NCBI GenBank assembly: GCA_039915165.1
Contig: JBDSNU010000017.1
Span: 2,041-66,040, forward strand
DNA from: Minisyncoccota bacterium
GTDB lineage: Bacteria > Patescibacteriota > Minisyncoccia > Phycocordibacterales > UBA9973
Direction of reading: 5' to 3'
Length of the DNA stretch: 64,000 bases
The position numbers were made by a program, and so were the translations under genes. The notes under the pieces are model-generated. The model made no database searches. It was given only the letters and a program-made list of their open reading frames with translations, and was not told where the DNA came from. Every line of letters starts with the position of its first letter. Positions within the stretch are counted from its first letter, which is position 1. Shown piece after piece: positions 35,853 to 45,828 of this stretch.

Positions 35853-36662
35853 ATGGTTATTGATGCACCAACAATTAAAAAAGATATTTTGGAAGAAATC
35901 ATCGCAGTAAACAGGACTTCGCTAAAAAAGAAGCGAGTATGTTTCGTGCAATTTGGTAATGATGCTAGTAGTACAAAGTTTATCGAAATGAAAGTAAAGA
36001 TGGCACAAGACTTAGGCATTGAAGCAGTAGTAGTAAAAGACCCTTCAATAACTACTGAAGAGGCGTTGTTGTCACTTGGCACTGTTATCGAGCAAGAATA
36101 TGATGGCATAGTGGTACAGCTACCCTTGCCTGAAGGTATTGATACCAACCTGGTGATCGATAGTATTCCGACAGAAATGGATATCGATATGATCAGTGAA
36201 GATTCAAAGGTTCACTATCGTGCAGCAGATACTGAGCGTACTGCTCCTGTGGCGGCTGCCGTGCAAGCCATGCTTTGGTATCACAAGATTATTTTGATAG
36301 ATAAAAAAGTAGTGGTGGTAGGCCGCGGCCGTCTTGTTGGTGAGTCAATACTGATGTTGCTTGATCGCCAAGAGCTTCCTTATACTGTGATTGATATCAA
36401 CACTCCTGAAGAAGAAAAATTAGCCGCATTACAATCTGCTGACGTTATCATTTCTGGTACTGGTGTACCGCATAGTATCACTGTAGATATGGTCAAAGAA
36501 GGAGTAGTACTTATCGATGCTGGCACAAGTGAACAAGCAGGCAAGCTCGTTGGCGATATAGATCCGGCATGTTATGAAAAAGCACAATGGTATACGCCCG
36601 TTCCAGGTGGAGTTGGTCCACTGACTGTGGTGTGTTTATTTAGAAACCTTTTTCTGAGTTAA
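35853..36662 (+). CDS. folD: Methylenetetrahydrofolate dehydrogenase/cyclohydrolase
   Basis: IVVQLPLPEGID, VVGRGRLVGESI, TPVPGGVGPLTV motifs. Adjacent to glyA. Confidence 0.75.
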   Translation: MVIDAPTIKKDILEEIIAVNRTSLKKKRVCFVQFGNDASSTKFIEMKVKMAQDLGIEAVVVKDPSITTEEALLSLGTVIEQEYDGIVVQLPLPEGIDTNLVIDSIPTEMDIDMISEDSKVHYRAADTERTAPVAAAVQAMLWYHKIILIDKKVVVVGRGRLVGESILMLLDRQELPYTVIDINTPEEEKLAALQSADVIISGTGVPHSITVDMVKEGVVLIDAGTSEQAGKLVGDIDPACYEKAQWYTPVPGGVGPLTVVCLFRNLFLS

Positions 36663-37247
36663 TTTGTTAACTAGATATCTTCCACCAAAAATAATGATAG
36701 CAACAATAAGGAGTAAAAGTACTCCTTTTTGTATGCCTTTCACTGCGTATTGTGCATTAAGCCAATATTTTCCCAGAATTCTTCCTAATAATACATAGCC
36801 GCCAGTCCATACTATTGCAGAAGCAATAACAGATAAAAGAAATTTCTTTGGTTTAATGTGTAATAGCCCCGCTGCCACTGAAGCATATCCTCGTACTAAC
36901 GGCAGCATTCTGCCAATGAAAATCCCCCATGAGCCATGCTTTTCTACTCGGTCAATTAACCCCGCGATACTATCTTGAGAAATAGGGATCCACTTTTTGG
37001 CTAAAATTTTAGGCCCTACTGTATAAAAGACCCAATATAGTAATGTTGTGCCAATAATATCAGCGGTAACAGCAGAAAGAAAAATTAATGGAAATGAAAG
37101 CACCCCGCTATATCCTAAAGATCCCGCAAAAAGCAACACAAGTTCATTGGTGATTGGATTGGGTATACCAATTTCTTGTAAAAAAACTAATGCAAAAATT
37201 GCAGCGTAGCCATAATGAGTAATAAATAAAATGAGAGATTGAGGCAT
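36636..37247 (-). CDS. DedA/SNARE-associated family membrane protein
   Basis: ALVFLQEIGIPNPITNELVLLFAGSLG and VRGYASVAAG motifs. About 200 aa, polytopic. Confidence 0.55.
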   Translation of the reverse strand: MPQSLILFITHYGYAAIFALVFLQEIGIPNPITNELVLLFAGSLGYSGVLSFPLIFLSAVTADIIGTTLLYWVFYTVGPKILAKKWIPISQDSIAGLIDRVEKHGSWGIFIGRMLPLVRGYASVAAGLLHIKPKKFLLSVIASAIVWTGGYVLLGRILGKYWLNAQYAVKGIQKGVLLLLIVAIIIFGGRYLVNKLTQKKVSK

Positions 37248-37250
37248 AGG

Positions 37251-38444
37251 TTACTCTTTCTTAATTGATATTTTTGAATAAAGTTTTGTGAACTCTGTAG
37301 AAATTTCTGGCCAGGTAAAATGTGTAATATTTTTTGAATAGTGTGATTTTAATTCAATACAAGCATTTGGATTATCAAGTAAGAAAGAGGTTTTTTCATA
37401 AAAGCTTGCGGGGTCTTTTGTTTTTGCCAATATTCCAAAACCAAATTTTTCATGAGTGATAATATGGGCGGGAGTATCTGCAACTATAGTTACAAGATTG
37501 GAAGCAACTGCCTCCAGTGACACTCGTTCAAAAACTTCTGTACTTGAAGGGAAAAGAAAAATATCTGAAGATGCATAGATAGTTGAGAGCTCGGCTCCTT
37601 GCTTATGTCCCAAAAATAATGCTGTAGGCAATAATTTTCTCAAGGCTTCTTTTGCAGGGCCTTCACCAACAATTACTAATGCAAAATCAGTACGATTTTT
37701 TTTAAGCATAGCATAGGTGTCTGCTAGTGTTTTAATATCTTTATACCACACTAGTCTACCAACATAGAGTAGTATAGTTTTTTGATTCTCTTTAAGAATA
37801 GTATGGCGCCATGCCTCAGAGCGAAATGCCGCACTAAATTTTTCTGTATCCACGCCCCATGCTATTGTTTTTACATTTTTTATATTGCGTTCAGCAAGCT
37901 CATTTGTTGCACCATATGATGGGGTAGTGACTACGTCCATTTTATTGTATAAGTTGCTCAGATACTTCCACAATATTGGCTTTAATGAAGAGAGGTGGAA
38001 GTAATTAAGATATCTACCAAAATTAGTGTGATATGTTGCTGCTATAGGAACTTTATATTTCTTAGCAAACCTTAACGCAGCCCATGCTGAGGTTTCAGGA
38101 CTGTGGACATGTAAAATATCGGGCTTGAAATCAAGCAATGCTTTCTCAAAGCCTTTTATGCCAGGGAGAGGGATTTTGTATTCTTTATAAAGTGGAAAAG
38201 AAAGAGATGTTGTTTTAATTACAGGCACAGGCACAATAAAATCTTCATCAACATGTCCTGTTATAATGATCACCTCGTCACCTTTTTTGACTGATTCGTT
38301 GATAAGATCAAGTAATACTAATCCTACGCCATCTTCTTTTTTGATAGTACCTACAAAGTGAGCAATTCTCATAAGATGGTATTGTACATTATTTAATTCC
38401 GGCGTGTTAGTTTGCCTTTTTAATCCAGATGTAAAGATCCTCAA
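37251..38444 (-). CDS. GT4-family glycosyltransferase
   Basis: GT-B fold length with C-terminal E-x7-E-like segment (FPSSTEVFERVSLEAVA). Confidence 0.6.
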   Translation of the reverse strand: MRIFTSGLKRQTNTPELNNVQYHLMRIAHFVGTIKKEDGVGLVLLDLINESVKKGDEVIIITGHVDEDFIVPVPVIKTTSLSFPLYKEYKIPLPGIKGFEKALLDFKPDILHVHSPETSAWAALRFAKKYKVPIAATYHTNFGRYLNYFHLSSLKPILWKYLSNLYNKMDVVTTPSYGATNELAERNIKNVKTIAWGVDTEKFSAAFRSEAWRHTILKENQKTILLYVGRLVWYKDIKTLADTYAMLKKNRTDFALVIVGEGPAKEALRKLLPTALFLGHKQGAELSTIYASSDIFLFPSSTEVFERVSLEAVASNLVTIVADTPAHIITHEKFGFGILAKTKDPASFYEKTSFLLDNPNACIELKSHYSKNITHFTWPEISTEFTKLYSKISIKKE

Positions 38445-39342
38445 TTGCTTTCACTGCATCTCCAGCAGCGATGTTGTTTTGGTGATAGAGGCCATCAGTA
38501 CAATCTCCTGCAGCCCACATGCCTTCAACGCTAGTACGCTGGTTCTTTGGGTCAACAATAACTTTCTTGTATTCGTTTAAGGCTACGGTACCGGCTACGA
38601 GGTCAGTGTTTGGCAACTGTCCTATTTCTACGAAGACTGCATTCACGGCAAGTTCAATACTTTCTTCACTACCATTGTTTTTATATGTCAGGCCGTTAAC
38701 GAACATGTCACCCTTTACTTCTGCTAAGGTAACATTAGTAAGTACTGTTACATTTGTTAATGCGCGAACTTTTTCGACAGTGATCTCATCGGCGCGAAAT
38801 TCGTTACTGCGATGTAATAGGGTAACGTGTGAAGTGTAGGCGGCGAGTTGCAGTACCGCTTCAAGTGCAGCGTTTCCTCCACCAATCACTGCTACCGGCT
38901 GCCCACTAAAGAGTGGTCCATCACATGATGCACAATAGGTAATACCTTTGTTGTCGAACTCTACCGCTCCAGGCACTTCGATGTGTCGATGGCGAGACCC
39001 TGTTGCTACGAGTACACTCTTGGCAGTAAATGATTCTTTGTCAGTTGTTACCACAAAACCTTCTTCGGACTTCGTTACTAAGTTGGCCCGGTGCCCAATG
39101 GAAAGGGTGAGAGTATTGTTGTCTTTGGCATAGTATTCGAGATGAGACTGCAGGGTCTTTGCAAGATCGGGGCCAGTAATTTCTGGTGTACCAATCCAGT
39201 TGAAAATAGTATCAGATACAATAGACTGACCTCCTATCTCCTCTGCGATGACCAATGTATTGAGTCGTTTACGTGCTGCATATACTGCGGCAGAGACGCC
39301 AGCTGGAGCTCCTCCAATAATAATTAGGTCATAGGTATTCAT
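38407..39342 (-). CDS. trxB: Thioredoxin-disulfide reductase
   Basis: YDLIIIGGAPAG FAD motif, CASCDG redox-active disulfide, VIGGGNAALE NADPH motif. Confidence 0.8.
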   Translation of the reverse strand: MNTYDLIIIGGAPAGVSAAVYAARKRLNTLVIAEEIGGQSIVSDTIFNWIGTPEITGPDLAKTLQSHLEYYAKDNNTLTLSIGHRANLVTKSEEGFVVTTDKESFTAKSVLVATGSRHRHIEVPGAVEFDNKGITYCASCDGPLFSGQPVAVIGGGNAALEAVLQLAAYTSHVTLLHRSNEFRADEITVEKVRALTNVTVLTNVTLAEVKGDMFVNGLTYKNNGSEESIELAVNAVFVEIGQLPNTDLVAGTVALNEYKKVIVDPKNQRTSVEGMWAAGDCTDGLYHQNNIAAGDAVKAIEDLYIWIKKAN

Positions 39343-39396
39343 AAGGTAATTATACTCTAGTCGTCAAGAAAAAAGAAAAATAGGGTCAGGTACTAT

Positions 39397-39423
39397 TGAC
39401 ATTTTGATCAAAATGTGTATAAT
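39397..39423 (+). promoter_or_regulatory. Near-consensus sigma70 promoter TTGACA-15-TGTGTATAAT
   Basis: Exact -35 and -10 with a TGn extension, upstream of small ORF 39450. Confidence 0.5.
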
Positions 39424-39449
39424 ATAATCAAACTTAAAAAGCAAAAAAC

Positions 39450-39650
39450 ATGCAAAACAACGCAGTGAGAACTAGTCGCATCCCGAGGGATTTGCTTATG
39501 TGTGGATTTGGCGAACCGCTAATCAGAACACCAAAGAAATTTAATGTAGCAGTAAACGTTCCTGATAAGGGAATTAAAACTTTTACACTGCCATCTGGCT
39601 ACGAAAACCATGAATTGTTAAACGAAGAGCTTGATGAAATAGTTGAATAA
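39450..39650 (+). CDS. Small hypothetical protein (66 aa)
   Basis: ORF with strong promoter and hairpin terminator (39668-39706). No homology recognised. Confidence 0.3.
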   Translation: MQNNAVRTSRIPRDLLMCGFGEPLIRTPKKFNVAVNVPDKGIKTFTLPSGYENHELLNEELDEIVE

Positions 39651-39721
39651 CAATTTTCATCCAAAAAAGCCTCAACATACTTAGATATGGTGAGGCTTTT
39701 CTTTTTGGTAATTAGTAAAAA

Positions 39722-40948
39722 TTATTTTTTATTGCGGCGGAGAAATGCTGGAATTGCGCCCCAGTCTTCTTCTTCATTGCCTTCCGGTTCGATCACTTCT
39801 GGTTCAGTTGCAGGACGGATGTCTGCTTTTTGTACCATTGGACGAACTGGCTCTCGTTCAACTTGCTGTTGAGGCATTTGTTGTTGAACTGCTGGCTGTT
39901 GTTGCTGCTGTAATGGAGCGGGTGCTGATTGCTGTTCTGCACGATTGAAGAGTTGTGCATTACCGCCAAACAGATTTTGCTTTTTTGAAGTGTCAGTAGG
40001 GAATCCTGTAGCGATCACAGTGATTTTCATTTCACCTTTTTTCATACGATCATCAACGATGGTACCGATGATAACGCGAGCGTCTTTGTCGATTGATTCG
40101 GTGATTACTTTTGCTGAGTCCTGGAATTCAGCCATAGTGAGGTCATCATTGGAAGAGATGGCGAATAGTACGCCACGAGCACCGTTAATAGAGATATCAA
40201 GCAAAGGAGAGTTAATAGCTTGGATGGCAGCTTTTTCAGCACGACCTTCACCAGAAGCACTACCAACACCCATCAATGCTGTACCAGCATCAGTGAGGAC
40301 TGATTTCATATCGGCGAAGTCGACGTTGATGATACCTGGAGAGGCAATAAGATCAGAGATGCCTTCAACTGCCTGACGAAGTACCTCATCACACTTGGCA
40401 AATGCATCCTTGAATGTTGTGTCCTTGCCAGCGATAGCAAGCAATCGGTCGTTAGGAATAACGATGATAGCATCTACTTCACTTTCAAGTTCTTCAATAC
40501 CGCGCTCAGCGATTTTCATGCGCTGGTTACCCTCGAAGAAGAATGGCTTTGTAACCACAGCAACAGTCAGGATACCCTGTTCTTTTGCTGCACGTGCTAC
40601 TACTGGAGCAGCACCTGTTCCTGTACCACCGCCCATTCCACAAGCGATGAATACCATGTCGGCACCCTTCACTGCATCTTGAATTTCGGCTTTTGTTTCC
40701 TCGGCTGCACGCATACCCACTTCTGGGTTCATGCCGGCTCCAAGACCCTTAGTAAGATTCTTACCAAGGTGAATTTTCTTTTCTGCGGCTGACTTGTGCA
40801 AATCCTGCACGTCAGTATTCATAACGATAAATTCCACAGAACGGACTCTTCCTCCGATCATATGGTTTACGGCATTGCTGCCTGATCCACCCACGCCAAT
40901 CACTTTGATGCGCGCGGCAGTTTCAATTTCTGGGCTTAATTTTGGCAT
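39722..40948 (-). CDS. ftsZ: Cell division GTPase FtsZ
   Basis: [23 protein letters not shown] tubulin signature, NTD in FtsZ order. Disordered Q/P-rich C-terminal linker. Confidence 0.9.
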   Translation of the reverse strand: MPKLSPEIETAARIKVIGVGGSGSNAVNHMIGGRVRSVEFIVMNTDVQDLHKSAAEKKIHLGKNLTKGLGAGMNPEVGMRAAEETKAEIQDAVKGADMVFIACGMGGGTGTGAAPVVARAAKEQGILTVAVVTKPFFFEGNQRMKIAERGIEELESEVDAIIVIPNDRLLAIAGKDTTFKDAFAKCDEVLRQAVEGISDLIASPGIINVDFADMKSVLTDAGTALMGVGSASGEGRAEKAAIQAINSPLLDISINGARGVLFAISSNDDLTMAEFQDSAKVITESIDKDARVIIGTIVDDRMKKGEMKITVIATGFPTDTSKKQNLFGGNAQLFNRAEQQSAPAPLQQQQQPAVQQQMPQQQVEREPVRPMVQKADIRPATEPEVIEPEGNEEEDWGAIPAFLRRNKK

Positions 40949-41315
40949 ATTTCACTCTCCCTTCCACGGGCTATTGCTATGGTGACAATAGTACCACAAG
41001 GCGTTAAAAGGGCAATCAGCATTGACAATAAAGGATATTAGTAGTATTTTTTGAGAAACCCTAACCATTATGTGCAACATAAGACGCCCGATCATTACTG
41101 ACGAGTTCGTCAATAGTGATCCACTCGATGTAAAATATTTATTGTCAGGAGGAGGAGTAAGTAATATTACTTCAGCAAAAGAGTTTGCAGCAACGATCGA
41201 TGAGTTACCTCAAAAATTATCACCATTTGATGTTATTATCCCGATTGCTGATATTTATTTCCCCCGACACTAAATAAAAAGCTTTCCCATACTATTATGA
41301 GAAAGCTTTTTTTAT

Positions 41316-42506
41316 TTACGGAATTAATTGTTTGAAGAATGCTTTGATAGTGTCTACGATACCGTCGCCGTCACCACTACTGATCTTGGGCATGATGGAT
41401 TTGCGAGTACTAGTTGAACCACCTTGCTGACTTTCTTCATTACTTGCAGCAATTGCATACGCAACAAGTAGCCGGTTATCTTTCACAGGACCCTTGGTGC
41501 CTGGCAGATCAACATGGGCTACCTTAACCGGTATACGTAACAAGCCTTTTGCAACAGGGTCAACAAGCTGCATGCGACTACCGCCGCCAATAATAATTGC
41601 TCCTGCTGGTAACAGTCCGCTACGACCAATCTTTTTAAAATACTTATCTATTAGTTCAAAAATATCTGATAGTCGTGCATCAATAATCTCATCAAGTTTC
41701 TTCTTGGGTGCATGTTGAAATGAAACAGTGCCCAGCTTAATACTCTCAGCTTCTTCTGGAGTCACACGCAAACCAAGTGCAATGTCTTTTGTAATATCTA
41801 ATGAGCCGAGTCCAAATACAAAAAGGGAAGTCAGGGTATTGTTTTCAAATACAGATACAGAAACAGTCTCTGCCCCGATGTCGATCAGACTACAACCGAA
41901 GTTGCGTTGTAGATCTGTTAATAAAAGTTTTTGTGTAGCAAGAGGGGTAGCGGTGAAGCCACTGATACGAATGCCAATATCATGAGCCACCGCAAGTAAG
42001 TCATCGAGGTGTTGCTGGAAACAAGTGACAAACAATGTTTTCACTTCTAGTTTGATGCCATTGATTCCTTCAGGGCGAGCAGGCAGTTCCTTGCCGTCTA
42101 CACGGAAGACAATCGGAAAGGCATGAAGGATAGCTTTGTTTTTGAGGTCAATATGAGTTTCAGAGTCCGCTATAGCTTTTTCAATATCAAATTTACTAAT
42201 GATGCCGTCAGCTCGTGAAGCGATAGCATTACCGATTGCATATTCAGAACCAATGCCAACACCGCCAATGGCAATAGCAGCTGTTTTGATTTTGGTGCCA
42301 AGCTCCTTTTCTACTTCTGAGATTGCCTGACGAAGACTCGCTGATACTTCTTCACGGTTAGTGATATAGCCATGACGCATACCACGAGTTTCAACAGATG
42401 CATGTGCCGCAATTTTTGGAAGCGAGCCAGTGCCGTCATCAATACACGCTACGACGCGAGTCATAGAAGTACCAATATCAATACCGATTCGTAGCTGTTG
42501 CTTCAT
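41316..42506 (-). CDS. ftsA: Cell division protein FtsA
   Basis: Actin-fold motifs GIDIGTSMTRVVA, IIGGGS. Located immediately upstream of ftsZ. Confidence 0.8.
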   Translation of the reverse strand: MKQQLRIGIDIGTSMTRVVACIDDGTGSLPKIAAHASVETRGMRHGYITNREEVSASLRQAISEVEKELGTKIKTAAIAIGGVGIGSEYAIGNAIASRADGIISKFDIEKAIADSETHIDLKNKAILHAFPIVFRVDGKELPARPEGINGIKLEVKTLFVTCFQQHLDDLLAVAHDIGIRISGFTATPLATQKLLLTDLQRNFGCSLIDIGAETVSVSVFENNTLTSLFVFGLGSLDITKDIALGLRVTPEEAESIKLGTVSFQHAPKKKLDEIIDARLSDIFELIDKYFKKIGRSGLLPAGAIIIGGGSRMQLVDPVAKGLLRIPVKVAHVDLPGTKGPVKDNRLLVAYAIAASNEESQQGGSTSTRKSIMPKISSGDGDGIVDTIKAFFKQLIP

Positions 42507-42509
42507 GTG

Positions 42510-42893
42510 TTAGTTAAAAAGTGCGAGGTAATCCCGCTCCTTACGCTCCATTGTACTCCCATGTTCGTATCCTTTCAAATGCAACATGCTGTGGATGATA
42601 ATAAAAATGAGATATTGATCGTATTCCATATCAAAATCTTTGTATTCACGACGCATTGCAGAGCGACAAAGAATAATTTCTCCACTGGTTTCAGAAAGAG
42701 GGAATGATAATGTATTGGGAATGTAGTCCTTGTTACGATGAGTAATGTTTAATGCCTGTGCTTCTGCTGGTGCAACAAAACGAATTGAGAGTTCGTATTT
42801 CTTGCCGAGAATTTTTTCCTTCATTGCCAAAAAAGGCACGCTGGGTAGCGTGCCTTTTGAGGATACTGTCATTGTGTCAGTATCGAGTGTCAT
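42510..42893 (-). CDS. ybeY: rRNA maturation endoribonuclease YbeY
   Basis: HSMLHLKGYEH (HxxxHxxxxxH zinc motif). 127 aa. Confidence 0.7.
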   Translation of the reverse strand: MTLDTDTMTVSSKGTLPSVPFLAMKEKILGKKYELSIRFVAPAEAQALNITHRNKDYIPNTLSFPLSETSGEIILCRSAMRREYKDFDMEYDQYLIFIIIHSMLHLKGYEHGSTMERKERDYLALFN

Positions 42894-42895
42894 AA

Positions 42896-43156
42896 TTACA
42901 TCTTTCCGAGCTTTTTGAGTTTTTCAACTTCTACACGGCGAGACAGGCGACGGATCTTCATGTTCTTTTCCGCTAGTTTTGAAATTGGACGAATATTGTA
43001 TTTCTGTCCTTTTACTTTCGGGATGATTCCGCTTTCTTGCATCTTGCGACTGAAACGACGAATAACACCGAGGGCGTTTTCTGTTCCATTTCTTTTGATT
43101 TCTACATTAGTCATTGGCATGGGAGTGATAATAACACGGCTTTTATTATCCTGCAA
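42896..43156 (-). CDS. rpsU: Ribosomal protein bS21 (probable; true start likely at MPMTN or MTNVEI)
   Basis: VEIKRNGTENALGVIRRFSRKMQESGII...RRLSRR basic pattern similar to S21. Confidence 0.45.
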   Translation of the reverse strand: MQDNKSRVIITPMPMTNVEIKRNGTENALGVIRRFSRKMQESGIIPKVKGQKYNIRPISKLAEKNMKIRRLSRRVEVEKLKKLGKM

Positions 43157-43360
43157 CCAATTTTAGGGGACTGTCCCCATCGATTCGCTCTAAAATAAAG
43201 GGGTCTGACCCTATTTCTAAAGTATCCTTTATATTAATACTAGTTTTAGCCTTATTTTAAAGAAAAACATATTTGATGAAATCTCGAGACCTGTCCCCAA
43301 AGAATATATTGACTTTATAAGAAAATTAGGTAAAGTACTTAAAAATTAAATAACGTAACA

Positions 43361-43843
43361 ATGAAAAAAATAGTATGTATCGTAGTTGTGATGGCATTTG
43401 TCATTACACAATTTTCTTGTATTAAAGAAGCGTTCAAGGTTTATTATTTCCCTAAGACGCACTTCCTGGCATTAGATCATGATCCATATACTGGAAATCC
43501 TTTGCCTGATACGACTTCCTTTTTGCTACTAACGGGGCCTATTGGTGATGACTTAATAATGAGCTGTCGTACAATCTATAAAAATAGGATGACAGGTTTA
43601 ATCCTCAGTACAGGGCACAGTACAATAGACAACTTGCCGGACGACAGAATTTTTTTTGGACCAGATGAGGTGAGAGTTCCTCTTAAGTTCGGCTCTGTTA
43701 TCACTACTAGTCCTGATAGTTTGCGATTTAAGGCAGATAGTATAATAGCCGGTAGGCAATACGTGATATTGCGACGCCGCAATAATCCAGCATCACCTGA
43801 GAAAGATTATTTTGTCATCGAAACACTATCCGCAACTCAATGA
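43361..43843 (+). CDS. Putative lipoprotein
   Basis: Signal peptide with Cys (VITQFSC). Confidence 0.45.
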   Translation: MKKIVCIVVVMAFVITQFSCIKEAFKVYYFPKTHFLALDHDPYTGNPLPDTTSFLLLTGPIGDDLIMSCRTIYKNRMTGLILSTGHSTIDNLPDDRIFFGPDEVRVPLKFGSVITTSPDSLRFKADSIIAGRQYVILRRRNNPASPEKDYFVIETLSATQ

Positions 43844-43895
43844 TCAAAGTACTCGGAGTACTTAAAAGCCGCCATTCCTTGGACGGCTTTTATTT

Positions 43896-45773
43896 TTATA
43901 ATCGCTCTGGGTTTTCTTCAATCATATAAGGGAAATGAAGTGAAGTCAGGAATGAAGCCAATGATGGACCTTCTTCTTCAATATAAGAGGTATTGGTTTT
44001 GAGGATCCAAGTCAGCAAGACTTTCATGCTGCCAACACTGATACGTCGCGCTGGCATCATTGTTGCTTCCATATCTGTAAGAAAGGCCTGCATCTTTTCA
44101 ATAACTGCAAGACGATAGCCTTCAGGGACGGTTAAGCTAATTTTTATAATACTGCCATATGGTGGATAGCCAATTTCTTTTCGTAATACTAATTCCTCAG
44201 CAATCAATGAATTAATTTTTTGTGTCTCAAGCTGCTTAATCAAAGGAAACTCAGGCTGGCGAGTAAAAAGTAGTACACCATCAGATGCTTTTTCATTACA
44301 TTCCATTACTAACCGCAATGTATTTTCTGTTGTATAGAGTGATGGTGTTGAAAGCAGTCGATCGAAAAATGGAAAAAGTGTGTAATTAATATTTTTTAAA
44401 AATGGCAATACTTTTATTGTGCCAATGATTACGGAAAACTTTTGCTTCTCTGTATTTGCAAGCAGTGTTTCAATGGTGTTGCCATTAGGGGTCAGGTCGT
44501 CATCAATTGTGGTCACTGCTTCATATCCAACAAGTGCAGCAATGGCATCACGAATACTTTCCGTGCCAATTGATACAGGGGTAATATTCCAACTACCACA
44601 ATAGGTACAAGTATGTGATGCAGGCAATGTAGCTACGCAATGAGTGCAGACGAAATACCGCTCTTCGAGTCCTTCGCTGTTACGGCGATTTTTCAATACC
44701 ATTGGCAGTCCGCATACTTCACAGGTCACTATGGTGCCACAGTCAGCACAGCGGGACAGTGGGGCAACACCTTTACGGGTAGCGTATATGTACAGCCGCT
44801 TCTTTTTTGTTTCAGCGTGACGAATGATCTCGATCACTTCTGTTGGCAAGATGGTTCGATACGGCTCTACGGGGACCACATGAAGCTTGTCGGCAATAAA
44901 GGCCCGTGGTAATTGGGTTTTTTGTGTTCGCTCTAATGTTTCAAATCGTGGAATAGTATCTCCCCAGCATAGTTGCAATTGTGCTGACTTGGCAAACGCT
45001 CCTAAAAATATTCGTAAATCAGTTTTGAAGCGGTCACTACTTTTATATAAAGAATTACTCTCATCTTCAACGATCAATGTGCCGATATCATGACGGGGCA
45101 ATACTGAGTATCCCGGTGTAGCAAATATGATCAACGGGCGATCACTTTGCTTGATCAATGCAAATGCGCTGCGCAAATCTTTTTTTGTCGCCTTACTGTG
45201 AACTGTTACAACGTGTTTAGGAATACCTTTTTGTAAAATACTTTTCCATTGCTCGAGATTTTTAATTGTAGGAGCAATAAATAAAATACTTCTCTTCGCA
45301 GCAAAAGAAGTACGGATCAGTCGTTTGTAATAATCAGTACGATCAACAATGGTGCCAACTACACTTTCTTCTTTGTATGATTTTTTATTTATTTCTTGTT
45401 CGGCGGCGTCTGATGCGATGACAATTTTTTCAACTGTTACATAATCAAACAGAGTACTTGGCATGACGCATCCGGCAATTGCTCCTAGAGGACTCAGTGT
45501 GCGTGCTGAAGTTTCTACGAGGCCATCAATGACTGCTCCAAGTAATGGAACATGGCCAACTGTAGAGGTGATTTTTTTTAATGCGAACGATGCCTGCTTG
45601 GTTGCAGTTTTGGCTTCCGATAGGTTGTGGCACTCTGCGATAATTGCATTGATTTTTTGTTTGCCGAAGGGGACAGAAACAATTGTGCCGCGATCAAGAA
45701 GCTCGGCACTATAGTAGCTAAGTGTGTCAAAAGGGATGCCTTTACTGATTGGAATGACTGTTGCGATGTACAT
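43896..45773 (-). CDS. priA: Primosomal protein N-prime (PriA) homologue with degenerate Walker A and DEEH motifs
   Basis: N-terminal 3-prime-DNA-binding domain, Cys-rich zinc region CADCGTIVTCEVCG...CTHCVATLPASHTCTYCGS, C-terminal domain. The Walker A position reads GTIVDRTDYY (E. coli GVTGSGKTEVY); motif II reads VEDESN (E. coli IDEEHD). Confidence 0.65.
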   Translation of the reverse strand: MYIATVIPISKGIPFDTLSYYSAELLDRGTIVSVPFGKQKINAIIAECHNLSEAKTATKQASFALKKITSTVGHVPLLGAVIDGLVETSARTLSPLGAIAGCVMPSTLFDYVTVEKIVIASDAAEQEINKKSYKEESVVGTIVDRTDYYKRLIRTSFAAKRSILFIAPTIKNLEQWKSILQKGIPKHVVTVHSKATKKDLRSAFALIKQSDRPLIIFATPGYSVLPRHDIGTLIVEDESNSLYKSSDRFKTDLRIFLGAFAKSAQLQLCWGDTIPRFETLERTQKTQLPRAFIADKLHVVPVEPYRTILPTEVIEIIRHAETKKKRLYIYATRKGVAPLSRCADCGTIVTCEVCGLPMVLKNRRNSEGLEERYFVCTHCVATLPASHTCTYCGSWNITPVSIGTESIRDAIAALVGYEAVTTIDDDLTPNGNTIETLLANTEKQKFSVIIGTIKVLPFLKNINYTLFPFFDRLLSTPSLYTTENTLRLVMECNEKASDGVLLFTRQPEFPLIKQLETQKINSLIAEELVLRKEIGYPPYGSIIKISLTVPEGYRLAVIEKMQAFLTDMEATMMPARRISVGSMKVLLTWILKTNTSYIEEEGPSLASFLTSLHFPYMIEENPERL

Positions 45774-45828
45774 ATTTTTTCAGCGCGCTTTACATCAGTG
45801 CTAAGGCCACTATACTATAGTCATTCAT

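Noticed and set aside
40395-40985. Plus-strand ORFs antisense to ftsZ (39745-40985) and ftsA (41494-41985)
   Set aside because: Ala/Ser/Pro-rich translations are mirror images of strongly supported genes.
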